NCBI RefSeq assembly: GCF_006345805.1
Contig: NW_021832586.1
Coordinates: 1 to 64,000, forward strand
DNA from: Octopus sinensis
Taxonomy: Eukaryota
DNA: 64,000 bases
Reading direction: 5' to 3'
Both the position numbers and the translations under genes were made by a program. Shown here piece by piece: positions 44,479 to 57,728 of this stretch; positions within the stretch are counted from its first letter, which is position 1, and each line of letters begins with the position of its first letter. The notes below the pieces were generated by a model. That model did not search any database. It saw only the letters and a program-made list of their open reading frames with translations, and had not been told where the DNA came from.

Positions 44479-44615
44479 GCTATGCCAACATTATAAGCTA
44501 TGCCAACATTATGGCTATGCCAACATTATGGCTATGCCAACATTATGGCTATGCCAACATTATGGCTATGCCAACATTATGGCTATGCCAACATTATAAG
44601 CTATGCCAACATTAT
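44477..44615 (+). repeat. eight tandem 17-18-nt units of element sequence at the 5' junction
   Basis: (aa/g)gctatgccaacattat x8; single copy in the other family C members. Confidence 0.95.
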
Positions 44616-45144
44616 GGAATAACAACAGAAAAAAGATGGTATAGGCACACACCAGAAAAGGTCACAGAAAACAAGAAAGCAACCATACTCTGGGATATGT
44701 CGATACACACAGATAGAGAAATTAAGGCCAACAGACCAGATATAGTTGTCAGAGATCATGAAGAAAAAATGCTTTCTAATTGATGTATCAATACCGGCAG
44801 ATGACAACGTGTCTCTAAAAGAAATGGAGAAACTCTCAAAATACAAAGACCTGGAAATAGAGGTAACTAGAATGTGGAATCTGAAAACAGAAACAATTCC
44901 TATCATAGTAGGAGCATTAGGCATGATAAAAAATATTCAGACAAATACATAACAAAAACACCAAGACTTCCAAACACATATAACATACAGAAAATTGCAC
45001 TACTAGGCACTGCACACATCCTACGCAGTACACTTTCTATACAATAACCATCAAAGCATCACAACAAATCACAGCACATACCCAAGGCACACAGAGCTGC
45101 GCTCGGTAGTGAAGTGAAAGCACGCTATAAAAATAAAACTACTG
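44477..45144 (+). mobile_element. R4/Dong family C, 5'-truncated, with reiterated 5' junction
   Basis: REL tail and 3' end aaaactactg(aat)n. Confidence 0.9.
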
Positions 45145-45173
45145 AATAATAATAATAATAATAATAATATTAA

Positions 45174-47431
45174 TTCAGAGACAATGCCTGAATGGCTAAC
45201 GAAGGGGAAAAACATCTTAATTCCCAAATCAAATGAGTCAGCAAAACCAGAAAACTACAGACCAATAACCTGTCTCCCTACAATGTACAAGGCATTTACT
45301 GCAGTGATATCGCAAAGGTTGAGCAAGCACCTGGATGAAAACAACCTGTTTCCAGAAGAGCAGAAAGGATCCCGCAAAGGCTCTTATGGCTGTAAAGATC
45401 AACTAATGATTAATAAAGCCATTACTGAAGACAGCTACAGAAAGAAGAAAGGTCTCGGTATGGCCTAGATCGACTACAAAAAGGCGTTTGATAGCATCCC
45501 CCACACATGGATCCTCGAAACACTAGCCATTAACAAAGTAGCACCAACAATTATAAAATTCAGAGCACACTCTATGAATAAATGGCAAACAGTGCTACAG
45601 CTCAAAACAAACGAGGGACTCATAAAAACCAAAGTCATCCCCATTAAAAGAGGAATATCCAGGGAGATACGCTCTCTCCACTCCTTTTCTGCTTGGCACT
45701 GTCAACTATCTGATATGCTAAATAGAACTGGACGCGGATATAAATGTTACGGCAAAACGCTCAAAAACCTTTTATATATGGATGACCTAAAACTCTACGC
45801 TGCTAATGACAAACAGCTGGAAACACTATTAAAGACAGTTCATGGATTTACCAAAGAAATAGATATGAAATTTGGATTAGAAAAATGTGCCAAATTAACC
45901 ATGAAAAGAGGAGAACTAGTTAAGAGTAGCAACATCACACTAGATAAAACCAATGAAATAAAAGAATTAGACCAAAGCCAAACTTACAAATACTTAGGAA
46001 TCCATGAACTAGATAAGATACAACACACACAAATGAAAGAGAAAATAAAAAAAGAATATTATAGACGAGTTAGATCAATACTAAAAACAGAGCTCAATGC
46101 TAACAACAAAATAATAGGGATTAACACTTTAGCTGTCCCAGTTATAAGTTACAGCTACAATATCCTTAACTGGACACTAAATGAACTGACCAAAATAGAT
46201 AGGAAAACAAGAAAAATAATGACAGGATCTAGGATGCATCACCCAAAATCTGACATACAAAGACTCTATATACAACGTATAGAAGGTGGTAGAGGCCTTA
46301 TACAGCTGCAAAACTACTATAAAATAACCACCATAGGACAGCAAAAATATCTACTTCAGAAGGAAGGAAAAATGATACAATAAGCGCCAAAACACGAGCA
46401 AAACAAAAAGCTGTTCTCAGTATTTAAGGAAGCTGACAAATATAAACAAGAAATCATACCACCTAATAAATATGAAGTAGAAGAAGAAGCTGAAGAAACA
46501 ACAAAAGCTATAAAACAAATGAAATCCAAACTAAAAATAGAACAGCAACGAACCATGATAAAACGATGGCAAGAAAAGCCCCTTCATGGTAAATACTGGA
46601 CTAAACTAAACGCAAAAGAAATAGACAAAGAAAAATCCCAGCAATGGCTGAGAAGCTCAGGACTCAAAGCGGAGAAAGAGGGATCTTTAATTGCAGCAAG
46701 AGACCAAAGCCACCCCACCAGAAATTACCAAAACATGTAATGAAAAGAAATATAACAAGTAACTGCAGAATATGTGGAGATGGATAAGAAACAATAAATC
46801 ATATTATCTCTGGCTGCCCAGTCCTGGCTAAGAAGAAATATATTCACAGACATGACAGAGTTGGAACCTACATACATTGGAAGCTATGCCAACATTATGG
46901 AATATATAACAACAAAAAAAAGATGGTATAGGCACACACCAGAAAAGGTCACAGTAAACGAGACAGCAACCATACTCTGGGATATGCCGATACACACAGA
47001 TAGAGAAATTAAGGCCAACAGACCAGATATAGTTATCAGAGATCATGAAGAAAAAATGCTTTCTAATTGATGTATCAATACCGGCGGATGACAACGTCCT
47101 CTAAAAGAAATGGAGAAACTCTCAAAATACAAAGATCTGGAAATAGAGGTAACCAGAATGTGGAATCTAAAAACAGAAACAATTCCTATCTTAGTAGGAG
47201 CATTAGGTATGATAAAAAAATATTCAGACAAATACATAACAAAAACACCAGGACTTACAAACACTTACAAACATACAGAAAATTGCACTATTAGGCACTG
47301 CACACATCCGAAGCAGAACATTTTCCATACAATAACCATCAGAGCATCACAACATATCACAGCACATACTCAAGGCACACAGAGCTGCGCTCGGTAGTGA
47401 AGTGAAAGCACATTATAAAATAAAACTACTG
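45174..47431 (+). mobile_element. R4/Dong family C, 2.26-kb 5'-truncated RT-REL copy (disrupted)
   Basis: MPEWLTKG, NYRPITCL, YMDD, KPLHGKY, SSGLKAE; intact 3' end. Confidence 0.92.
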
Positions 47432-47462
47432 CATAATGATAATAATAATGATAATAATAATG

Positions 47463-47502
<40 letters not shown>

Positions 47503-47801
47503 TAATAATAATGATAATGATAATAATAATAACAATAATAACGTTGATGATGATGATAATAATAATAATAATAATAACAACAACAACAACAACAATAATA
47601 ATAATAACAATAATAATGATGAAAATGATAATAATAACAACAATGATAATGATAATGATAATGATAATGATAATGACAATGACAATGACAATGATAATTG
47701 TTGCGATAATGATAATGATAATGATAGGATGATGATAATAATAATGATAATAATAATGATAATGATAATGATAATAATATTAATAATAATAATAAATAAT
47801 A

Positions 47802-47869
<68 letters not shown>

Positions 47870-47885
47870 TTAATAATAATAATAA

Positions 47886-48363
47886 CATTGTTTTGTCTTG
47901 GTATAAAAGATGGGCTACAGCAAATATTCTGCTCAATACCACAGATTTGCTTGTCATTGTTTGATCTTAACCTGTTGAGCGTGTCCTTTAGTGGCTGACG
48001 ATATGTGCATCTCTGATCACGAGCAGAAGTAGTGGGGGAGCATCATAGCATGTGTTGAGAGGGATTCTTGGGGTTTAATAATTCACCTCTGGAAACATGG
48101 GTGGTTCTTTCAACATCTTAAACAACCCTTATTGAGGGACCTTTTGAGCGGGATTGTTACTTAACCTGAAGAAAATTCTAACTAGGCCCCACCTGCAAGG
48201 TCATGTGCTGTTTATCTTGATATGAAATTACAATGTCGCACACATATTGTTGTGATGCATGTGCCTGGTGTACCCTTATCAGACGGGTAGTCATGATGGG
48301 TATATTGGGCTTCGTGTATTTTACCCCAGTCTCACTTTGATGGCATGAACTTCTCTCTCACTC
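47886..48363 (+). mobile_element. element X, slightly 5'-truncated
   Basis: Family match; same 3' end followed by aat. Confidence 0.85.
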
Positions 48364-48383
48364 AATAATAATAATATGGTACC

Positions 48384-48601
48384 GGCTCTCATGGCTTCTG
48401 ATCTTAACTGATTGGAAGTGTTATCATGTACATGGTTTTGTCTTGGTATAAATGACGTGCTACAGCAAATATTCTGCTGAATACCACATATTTGCTTGTA
48501 GTTGCTTGACATTAATCAGTTGCGTATGTCTCTTAGTGGTTGACGATATGTGCATCTCTGATCACGAGCAGAAGTAGTGGGGGAGCATCAAAACCATGTG
48601 G
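48384..48601 (+). mobile_element. element X 5' portion
   Basis: ggctctcatggcttctgatcttaactg ... ggagcatca. Confidence 0.75.
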
Positions 48602-48757
48602 TGTGTTATTATGCGCAGGTCATATAAATTTAATATTTACCCAATATTTACTGGGTATTAACCGAAACAGCTGTAAGGGATAATGATTAATGTGTTGTTA
48701 ATAATAAACAATTATGACCTTCCAATTTCCACTTTCTTTTCTTCTTTTGTATGAATA

Positions 48758-48811
<54 letters not shown>

Positions 48812-48836
48812 ATATAAATATATATATATAATATAC

Positions 48837-48869
<33 letters not shown>

Positions 48870-49902
48870 ATATATTTATAAATTATATATATTTATATAC
48901 ATAGTTATATATATATTATTTTAATGAAATTACTTTCCCAAGAATACTAGGTATTGAACCAATATTTCCTTATATGGAGACTGCTACATCTGCAAGAAAT
49001 AAGCAAACCCAGTTACACTTGCGTTTTATTGACTAGAGTTGTGTTTCCCCATTTATTCCCCTATAACGTTCCAGAAAAATGTATGCCCCACCGGTGGTTG
49101 AAGAAAAACCAACTTTGTTTTGAGAATTATTTAATACAAAAGAATCTACCGTTAACTCTTTTGTTAAATTATGAATAGAATAATAAATATATTATTGATT
49201 AAGAAAAACACAGCATTGAATCACTTTAATGAGAACCTTTTGCCCGGCGACTACGGCATCATGCACCGCCCCGACTACCCTTGGTCCAACCGGTTGGGAA
49301 TTACTGGACTAGAGTAACATATACAAAGGATTGGGCTAAAGGAAACGGCCTACTGGAATTCGAAACTGCATCGATGGTACCTTTTCCACAAACTTACACT
49401 CTTCGACAATGCAGAGACAGTTACAGATAACGTTAGTTGAAAACAAATCAATTAAATCCACGAAGCAAAGCTTATGATCTGAGAGAGTGGGCTGAGGAGT
49501 GTGAAGGCAAATAGTTCGTTGGTCTTTCACTTACGTCATAGAAGGATGAGCATTCAAAAGTAAATCAAGACAACTTCACAACGTAACAGAGAAATCCCGT
49601 TCTAAGAACTAGAATCAATTTCTCAGCTGGTTCTACCGGTTGTGCCTTGTAAAGAAAACGCGCCTACAAACAAACCACCCTAACAACATTGTATTGACAT
49701 TTTTAAAAGTCATATCATCCACCTGGCTCTTTCCCTTCCTCTCTTTCTCGCGACATACCAACACTAACATCTGGAACACGCTAATTACATATGTTATTTC
49801 ACCCAAATTAAAAATGTGAACATTTCATAAACATTAACATATACTTCATTTTCTAACTGCTCAAAGTCCGACCATTTCATTGTCGAATTTTTAACCAAAA
49901 TT

Positions 49903-50215
49903 AAGGCGGCGAGCTGGCAGAATCGTTAGCACCTGGCAAAGTGCTTAGTGGCATTTCGTCTTCATGTACTGAGTTCGAATTGTGCCGTGGTCAAGTTTCG
50001 CATTCATCTTTTCAGGGACGATAAAATAAATACCAGCTGAGCTTGTTTCCGAACCACATCGTTCCGGGTTCAGTCCCACAGCATGGGTCCTTGGACTAGT
50101 ACCTTGTAGTATTGCCTCGGGCCGACCAAAGTCTCTTGAGTGGATTTGGTTGACGGAAACTGAAAGAAACCGGTCGTTTATATATGTAAGTGTATGTGTC
50201 TGTGTTTGTGGCTCA
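49903..50215 (+). mobile_element. SINE S2 followed by partial SINE S1
   Basis: Family matches. Confidence 0.7.
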
Positions 50216-50920
50216 AATGTACAGAAAACAAAAGACAAAGACAGGTGAGAGTGCAATAAGCCAGTGTATTAAGTTGACGCACGAGAAAAGTGGAAAATCC
50301 TTTACTGTTTTGAATCTACGCTCATCGACAGAAAGGGAAGAGAGGAAACAATAGAGAGAGAATAATTGTGTCTTGATTAACGATTCCACACACGACACAA
50401 ATACACACATTCACACACACACATACAAGAAAACACGCGCGCGTGTGTGTGACTGTGTGTGTCTTTATGCATGTGCTTTTCCCCACTATCGCTTGACAAC
50501 CGGCGATGGTGTCTTTATGTCACTGTAACTCAGCAACTAGGAAAAACAGACCGATAGAATAAGTACTTAGCTTAAAAATAAAGTACTAGTGTTGGTTTAC
50601 TTGATTAAGAAATTCTTCCAGTTAGTGCCCCAGAATAGCCTAAGTATAAGATAAAAGATATGTTTATGTCACTCTTAGCTACGTTGTATAAGTGTAATGT
50701 AATGATACACACAAACACATATTTCTTTGAATTTAATTTAATTTCTTTTTGAGAGAGTTCAAAGCGACAAAACTTTTTGAATTAAGAGAGATCTCGGCAT
50801 TTGTATATATGTTGTAGAATTGGTGTGTTGGTCGAGCTGCCAATGCATACACCCGAGTGTGTGCATCTTTTCACATAAGAATCTCAGATGGAGAATTTTA
50901 AAATGTCTTATACATATATA

Positions 50921-51322
50921 GGCGCAGGAGTGGCTATGTGATAAGTAGCTTGCTTACCAACCACATGGTTCCGGGTTCAGTCCCACTGCGTGGCATCTTG
51001 GGCAAGCGTCTTCTGCTATAGCCCTGGGCGACCAATGCCTTGTGAGTGGATTTGGTAGACGGAAACTGAAAGAAGCCTGTCGTATATATGTATATATATA
51101 CATATGTGTATGTGTGTGTATATGTTTGTGCGTCTGTGTTTGTCTAGTATTGCTTGACAACCGATGCTGGTTCGGCAAAAGGACCGATAGAATATAAGTA
51201 CTGGGCGTACAAAGAATAAGTCCGGGGTCGATTTGCTCGACTAAAGGCGTGTGTGCTGCTCCAGCATGGCCCAGTCCACATGACTGACTGAAACAAGTAA
51301 AAGAGTAAAGAGTAAAGAGTAA
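50921..51322 (+). mobile_element. SINE S1, full length
   Basis: Family match with (gagtaaa)n tail. Confidence 0.85.
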
Positions 51323-51329
51323 ATACAAA

Positions 51330-52307
51330 TTACCCGTAAAGTTGCAGAACGTGTGTGGAGATGAGTGTATGAGCCGTACACAAATGTACGAGTGGTTCAG
51401 ACGTTTTCAAATTGGCTGAAAAAATGTCGATAGCGACGAAAGTTCTGGGAGAGCCGCAACCAGCAGGACTGATAAAAACATCGCTGATGTTCGTGCGTGT
51501 GTGAGAGGAAATCGTCGAATCACCATCCGTGAATTATCAAAGAATGTGCAGATTAGGTTCAGTTCCTAATCCATGACACTGAAGATTTGGGCACAAGACG
51601 TGCATCTGCCAAGTTTGTGCCAAAACTGCTTACAGTTGGCCAAAAAGACACTCGGATTTCAGTCGCACAAGATCTCCTTAATTGTGTCCAGAACGATGAA
51701 AACTTTTTGAAAACGGTTTATAACGGTTGATGAATCGTGGATCTGTGGCTATGTACCCGAAACAAAGGCTCAGTCTTCGCAGGAAGACTCCAACGTCTCC
51801 AAGAGCACGAATGAATCGAAGCAATGTGAAGATACTGCTGACCATCTACTTCGACTACAAGGGGATTGTTCATCATGAGCATGCTGCTCCTGGACAAACA
51901 ATAAACAAGGAATACTACGGTGACGTCTCGCGGCATTTCCACGATGCTATCTGTCAGAGAAGGCTACAATTGCATGCGTCATGTGAGTGGTAATTGCACT
52001 ATGACAACGCACCTGCCCATTCAGCGCAGCTTATGCAGAGGTTTTTGGTTAGGCACAGCGTTCCTCAGGTCCGACAGCCACCGTATTCTCCAGATCTCGC
52101 CCCTAGCGACTTTTTCCTCTTTCCAAATATCAAATCCTGCTTGAAAGAAAGAATACGAAGAGGCAACTGCTGATTATTTCAGAAAACGAGTGCCAGGGAT
52201 GCTTCCATCAATGGAATCATCGCTGGATTAAATTGTGGCTTCTGAAGGGGACTAGTGTCCCAAATTTTTATAGCACCAGTCCGGATACTTATTGATCAAA
52301 CCTCGTA
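51330..52307 (+). mobile_element. mariner transposon relic with right TIR
   Basis: RRITIREL, TVDESW, YFDYKGIVH, DNAPAH, PPYSPDLAPSDF; end ccggatacttattgatcaaacctcgta. Confidence 0.85.
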
Positions 52308-53119
52308 TGTATTTTATATGTATGTGCATATGAATATTTGTATGTATATACGTTTGTATGTACGTATGTATAACTATAGTTACATAACGTAGCAAAGAGA
52401 CAGGTTCTACAAAGTCACTCGACTTGAGAGAAATATTATCCAGTTATGTATTTATATATATGTCTTTAAAAAGATGATCACAGTTAGAGCATGTATTATA
52501 TGTTAAATCGTAGTTGATGTGGAGCCCAACAACATAAGACGCGCCATTGTGAACACCAGTTTTAAAATTATATCTGAGAATGTATCAATTTTAATTTATT
52601 CGACAAGCGAATTCTAGAAAATATTTTTCCCAGCGCATCTCCCTCACCATCCTCCGGGGCAACTCCTTTTGCATTTTGTCTGCTGGACATTAAAAAAGAC
52701 ATTAAAAAAGAATGTTAACTAATGATGTATATGTGAGGATATAATGCGCTTTTTGGTAAAAGAACGGATAGATAAAAATAATGAGGCTGAATTTGATGTG
52801 TTTACTGGCGACAAAAAAATAAAATCATGATTTCACCAAGATCTCTATAACGACTTTGTTTCTCTCCATTTTGACTTGTTTGAATGAAGTGTCGCTCGGA
52901 AATATGTTTAAAAGACTCTCGTTGACAGATGTGTCAAAAAATATGGCCTACTGTCTTCTTTTGTTGATGACACGGCAATCTGGCAAGTAAGTCTTTCTAA
53001 GCAGGAAGTGGCCATTAACATTGCCGCGCAAATTAGCTATGACAAAGAAATATCAAGAAGTGTGGAAGTTGCCTATTAAACGCTGTAAGTGAATAATGTG
53101 AGAAACCGCTGAAACAAAT

Positions 53120-53277
53120 CGCGGCTGTGTGGTAAGAAGATTCCTTCTAAATCGCATGGTTCCAAGTCCAATCCCACTGTGTGGCACCTTGCAAGTGCAG
53201 GTGTTTTCTATTATAGCCTCGAGACGCTCAGGGCATTTTGAGTGGATCTGGTGGACGGAAACTAAAAGAAGCCCGTC

Positions 53278-53325
<48 letters not shown>

Positions 53326-53461
53326 TATATATATATTAAAGTAAATAAATGGTATAACGAAGTACCGATATTTACTTTGATATGTATAATTGTACCCTTA
53401 CGGGCTATCTTTTGCTGGAAAGCAATACTGTCGTATTGCATTACTATTTCCACACACACAC

Positions 53462-53537
<76 letters not shown>

Positions 53538-53674
53538 GTAAATAAATGGTATAACGAAGTACCGATATTTACTTTGATATGTATAATTGTACCCTTACGG
53601 GCTATCTTTTGCTGGAAAGCAATACTGTCGTATTGCATTACTATTTCCACACACACACACACCACACACACACA

Positions 53675-53710
<36 letters not shown>

Positions 53711-53819
53711 GTAAATAATGGTACAACGAAGTACCGATATTTACTTTGATATGTATAATTGTACCCTTACGGGCTATCTTTTGCTGGAAAGCAATACTGT
53801 CGTATTGCATTACTATTTC

Positions 53820-53901
<82 letters not shown>

Positions 53902-54115
53902 TGTGTGATTTGTTTGTTTTTTTCCCGTCACCAGCGCTTGACAACCGGTGCTGGTGTGTTTCCTCCTCGTAACTTAAGCTATCATTAAGATATAATAGAA
54001 TAAGTACCAGGCTTTAAAGAAATTAAGTACTGGGGTTGAATAATTCAAGTAAATATTCTTTATGGCGGTGCCCCTTATGGCCGCAGTCTAATGACTGAAA
54101 CATGTAAAAGCTAAT
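53120..54115 (+). mobile_element. SINE S1 split by a triplicated insert
   Basis: Head at 53120-53280, tail at 53900-54110. Confidence 0.7.
53336..53897. repeat. three tandem ~118-nt cores with (CA)n(TA)n spacers
   Basis: Units start at 53336, 53533 and 53706. Confidence 0.9.
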
Positions 54116-54258
54116 ATATCTATTTATCACCCGAAGAGACACATCTATCGGTCGTCGTTTTTTGTTGAACCGCCAGTTCACGGGGGCAGACACACCGATA
54201 TCAGTTATTAAGCGGGTGACAAGAGACACACAAATATATACACACCCTACATATATAT

Positions 54259-54297
<39 letters not shown>

Positions 54298-54483
54298 CTA
54301 TATATATATGCTCCCGTGAACTGGCGGTTCAACAAAAAACGACCGAAGAATAACTACTCTGCTTGGAAAGAATAATCCCTGGGGTCAATTTGCTCACACT
54401 AAAGGCGGTCCTCCAGCATGACCGCAGTCATGACTAAAACAAGTATAAGAGTATATATATATATATATATTATATATAATATA

Positions 54484-54715
54484 TTGGTAAAAACGGTGAG
54501 ATAACAAAAGAAAGAAAGAGACCTCACATATATATAAATAAGAGATTTATTCTGTAAAGGTAATATGTGACAATTGTCGCCAAGATAAATCTCTGATTTC
54601 GGATGCCGAGGTGAGAATCCACACCACCATCTCTTTTGTTATCCGGCCATCGGAAAAACGCTATGAAAATGACAACAGAAGTATGAGACCTCGATATTAG
54701 GTAAATAGAAGAATT
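54484..54715. repeat. interspersed repeat Y (second copy at 59040-59260)
   Basis: tttcggatgccga.gtg..aatccaca.caccatctct is shared between the two copies. Confidence 0.75.
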
Positions 54716-54749
<34 letters not shown>

Positions 54750-54789
54750 TGTATGTATGTATGTATGTATGTATATGTATATATATATA

Positions 54790-55328
54790 TATATATAAAA
54801 CTAAGAATGTTTGTCTGTCTGTCTGTGTGTTTCCCTAAAACTTGAGAACTACGCCACCAATTTCATTCAAATTTTACACATGCCTTATTTAGGGTCCGGG
54901 CAGTGTCATCGGCAAACAAAATGTTTAACTTTTTGCCTAGGGCGAACCCACAGCAATATCATATCTTCTCCACTATTTCAGTATTACGTGTTAAAAGTGA
55001 AACAAAAACATCTCTCTATTTTATGTCAGATACTTTCACTTTAACAATAAAATTAGAGATAATAATAACAATTGATTATATGTAGTAAGTAATAATTAAA
55101 ATCAAACTAAAGTATATATATAATTAAAAATCGTAACATAACAATTAAAAGTAAAAATAGCAATTTGTGTAAAATGCATCAATGACTTGAACTTGAATAA
55201 GTGGTTTCACATGAATGGGAATAAATAAAAAATAAAATTTAAGTGCAGAAATGGAATAGTCCAGATGGAGCTGTGCACATACCCTTTACCACGGCTTTTA
55301 CATTAGATTATCTGCTAATTAGCTAGTA
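54790..55328 (+). mobile_element. putative non-autonomous Helitron
   Basis: Starts tatatataaaac...gtctgtctgtctg and ends gctagt; no clear 3' hairpin seen. Confidence 0.5.
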
Positions 55329-55639
55329 TTAAATATCTATAGGAAGTTTGGCTGTATGTAATATCTGTTTTCTTGAACAGCCGCTTCTACTGAGTATTGC
55401 TGTTGGTTTATTTCTGATCCATAAAGGACTATAGCTTCAACTGAGTACTGCTTTTTTGTTGTTATTATCATTACTGTTTAACTATTGTTATCACGTTGTT
55501 GTGTTGCATTTGTTAAATAATTGTAAACCGTAACCCTTTAGGAGAAGGAACTTTGGTTATTGTTTAAAAACTGAATTGTGTCCCTGTTTGGGGAAATTGA
55601 CAATATTTTCATCTTTTATACGGAAGCATTTTTCTTAAA

Positions 55640-56050
55640 ATGTCTTTGATAGAAGAAAGTTCAAAACTGAATTTCGCTGCAGACGTCGGCGCGGGCGAAC
55701 TCATTAAAATTAAAATGGAAGAAATACAAACCTATTTCGGATTGATCACCGACAAAGACGGTGAATCAAGGATAACACCACCAAACGAAATAAAAAATAA
55801 AATTAAAGAAAAGACTATTGTCTATAAAGTATACAATGTAGAGAAAAAAAAAAGATTTGAACACCTGGAGGAAAGCACCATTGAAAAGTGTCTTGGTGCG
55901 ACTATGAAAGATATCAAGTATCTAACCAGAAGCGGTAAATTCGCCACAATAGAAGCAAGGTTCGAGTCAACGGAGCGTGCAAGGGAGTACTCGACCCGAA
56001 CCTTGCAAAGTGGAAATATTTTATTTTTTACCTTTATATCTGGGACGTAG
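55640..56050 (+). pseudogene. possible LINE ORF1-like fragment
   Basis: 136-aa ORF of normal complexity (KYLTRSGKFATIEARFES); the family assignment is a guess. Confidence 0.35.
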
Positions 56051-56313
56051 GACGTCCCGGATAAAAATTTAAAATGCCTCCCCAGATGTAGAGGTTGGCT
56101 TGATTGTAGCCACACTTCTATACAACAGAGAGGACAAGATACAATTGATCGAAATTGCAAGACGGGCCTACAATTCCAGTCTGTTATATATTTTGAGTAT
56201 TGTTATCACTAGCGATATCAAGATATAACTTTGTATTTTGTATTTCATGTGTACATGTATATATATAGATGTACATGTAATATGTACACATATATATACA
56301 CATATATACATGT

Positions 56314-56354
56314 ACTAGCACTATGATCCGGCAACGCCGGGTCATAATGCTAGT
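56314..56354. other. 41-nt near-perfect palindrome with CTAG at both ends
   Basis: actagca-c-tatga-tccggc-aac-gccggg-tcata-a-tgctagt. Confidence 0.8.
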
Positions 56355-56396
56355 GTATATATATATATATATATTGAGAAATTAGCTACTTCTTTA

Positions 56397-56610
56397 AGGA
56401 CGGTAAGCTGGCAGAATCGATAGCACGCCGGGTGAAATGCTTAGGGTCATTTCGTCTGCCGTTACGTTCTGAGTTCAAATTCCACCGAGACCGACTTTGC
56501 GTTTCATCCTTTCTGTGTCGGTCATATAAGTATCAGTTACGCGCTAGTGCGTAATCGATTTAATCCCTTTGTCTTTCCTCTTTAGCCCCCTGTGAACAAT
56601 AAAGAGATAA
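56397..56610 (+). mobile_element. SINE S2
   Basis: Family match. Confidence 0.75.
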
Positions 56611-57320
56611 AAACTTTCTCGTGTTTTTGTAAAATTGTCCATTTGTTCAGTTTTTGATAAATTTATATATATATATATATAATAACGCTGATGAATGGAT
56701 ACCTTGATTTAGTAGGATCCTGAAACTTTTGTGCAAATTCTCCAGGTGTACAAAATCCTGGTTTCCCTGTATGGGTTTGGCGAAAAGTTAAAATATAATC
56801 CAAATAAAAAGGCAAAAATATGCTTTCACGCATCTTTAGCGATCAGTTACAATTGTTTCTCTACCATCTGTATTTGCAACTCCAATTTACGCAAAAGTTC
56901 GAAGTTCGAATGTTACGTAACATTTGCGGTTTTAGACATTATCGTTGTACTTCATCACATTTGCATCAAATGTGCACTCTAAAAGAAACAAATGATCATT
57001 AAAGATATGTTAATGTATTTCTTTGTATTATTATATGGATTATACAAACATACACTTATATGTATATGCATGCATGTATGCACATATGTGTATGAGTGTA
57101 TGTATGTATGTTTTAACACGTGTGTTTGTGTGTGTGTCTCAAGTTTGCACAGACGTGTGTACCTGCGTATACGAGTTACTTACATACATATATTGTATAT
57201 ATTCGTCCATTGGTGTGCGTCTGCGCGTGTATCTAGTTGTATGTAAATACCCATATACTTAGATGTGTGTGTGAGTGCCTATGTATATATGTATATATGC
57301 ATATATCTATATATATATAT

Positions 57321-57355
<35 letters not shown>

Positions 57356-57686
57356 CTCCGGTACACCGGCGATTATAATTAATTTTATTGTATCGCATTT
57401 ATCTTTGTTTATATATATATATATATATATATGCATCTAAGCACGAACAAAAAAAGATTTTTCGTCTAAGTATTATCTACCTTTCAACTTCTACTTCCTT
57501 TTCTTTCTCTTAACAGTTACAATAACGAAAGCTGATTACGTCATTTTCTCTATACTAGAATGTATACTTTCCGCGTTCAGAATTTATATCATTTTGCGTT
57601 TCAATAAGTTTTCTCTGATTTTACTCATTCTCGAATTTGATGGACATAAGCCGTCTCAAGAAATCTCTAGTGATACTTTTATCGAT

Positions 57687-57728
57687 GTACCTGAAGAGAC
57701 CCAGAACAGGTCGAAACATGTGTTGTAC
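57687..57728 (+). ncRNA. minimal type I hammerhead ribozyme motif (PLE-associated)
   Basis: GUAC-CUGAAGA-GACC(cagaaca)GGUC-GAAAC-AUGU-GUU-GUAC, followed by AATAAA at 57731. Confidence 0.7.

Noticed and set aside
44477-44615. CRISPR-like array
   Set aside because: There are no unique spacers and the context is eukaryotic; units are contiguous copies of retroelement sequence. The same applies to 53336-53897.
49220-49560. Possible host exon
   Set aside because: Stops occur in the longer frames, there is no recognisable domain, and no convincing splice-site pair was seen.
56688-56735. CTGATGA...GAAAC hammerhead-like motif
   Set aside because: No NUH triplet or stem I can be formed.
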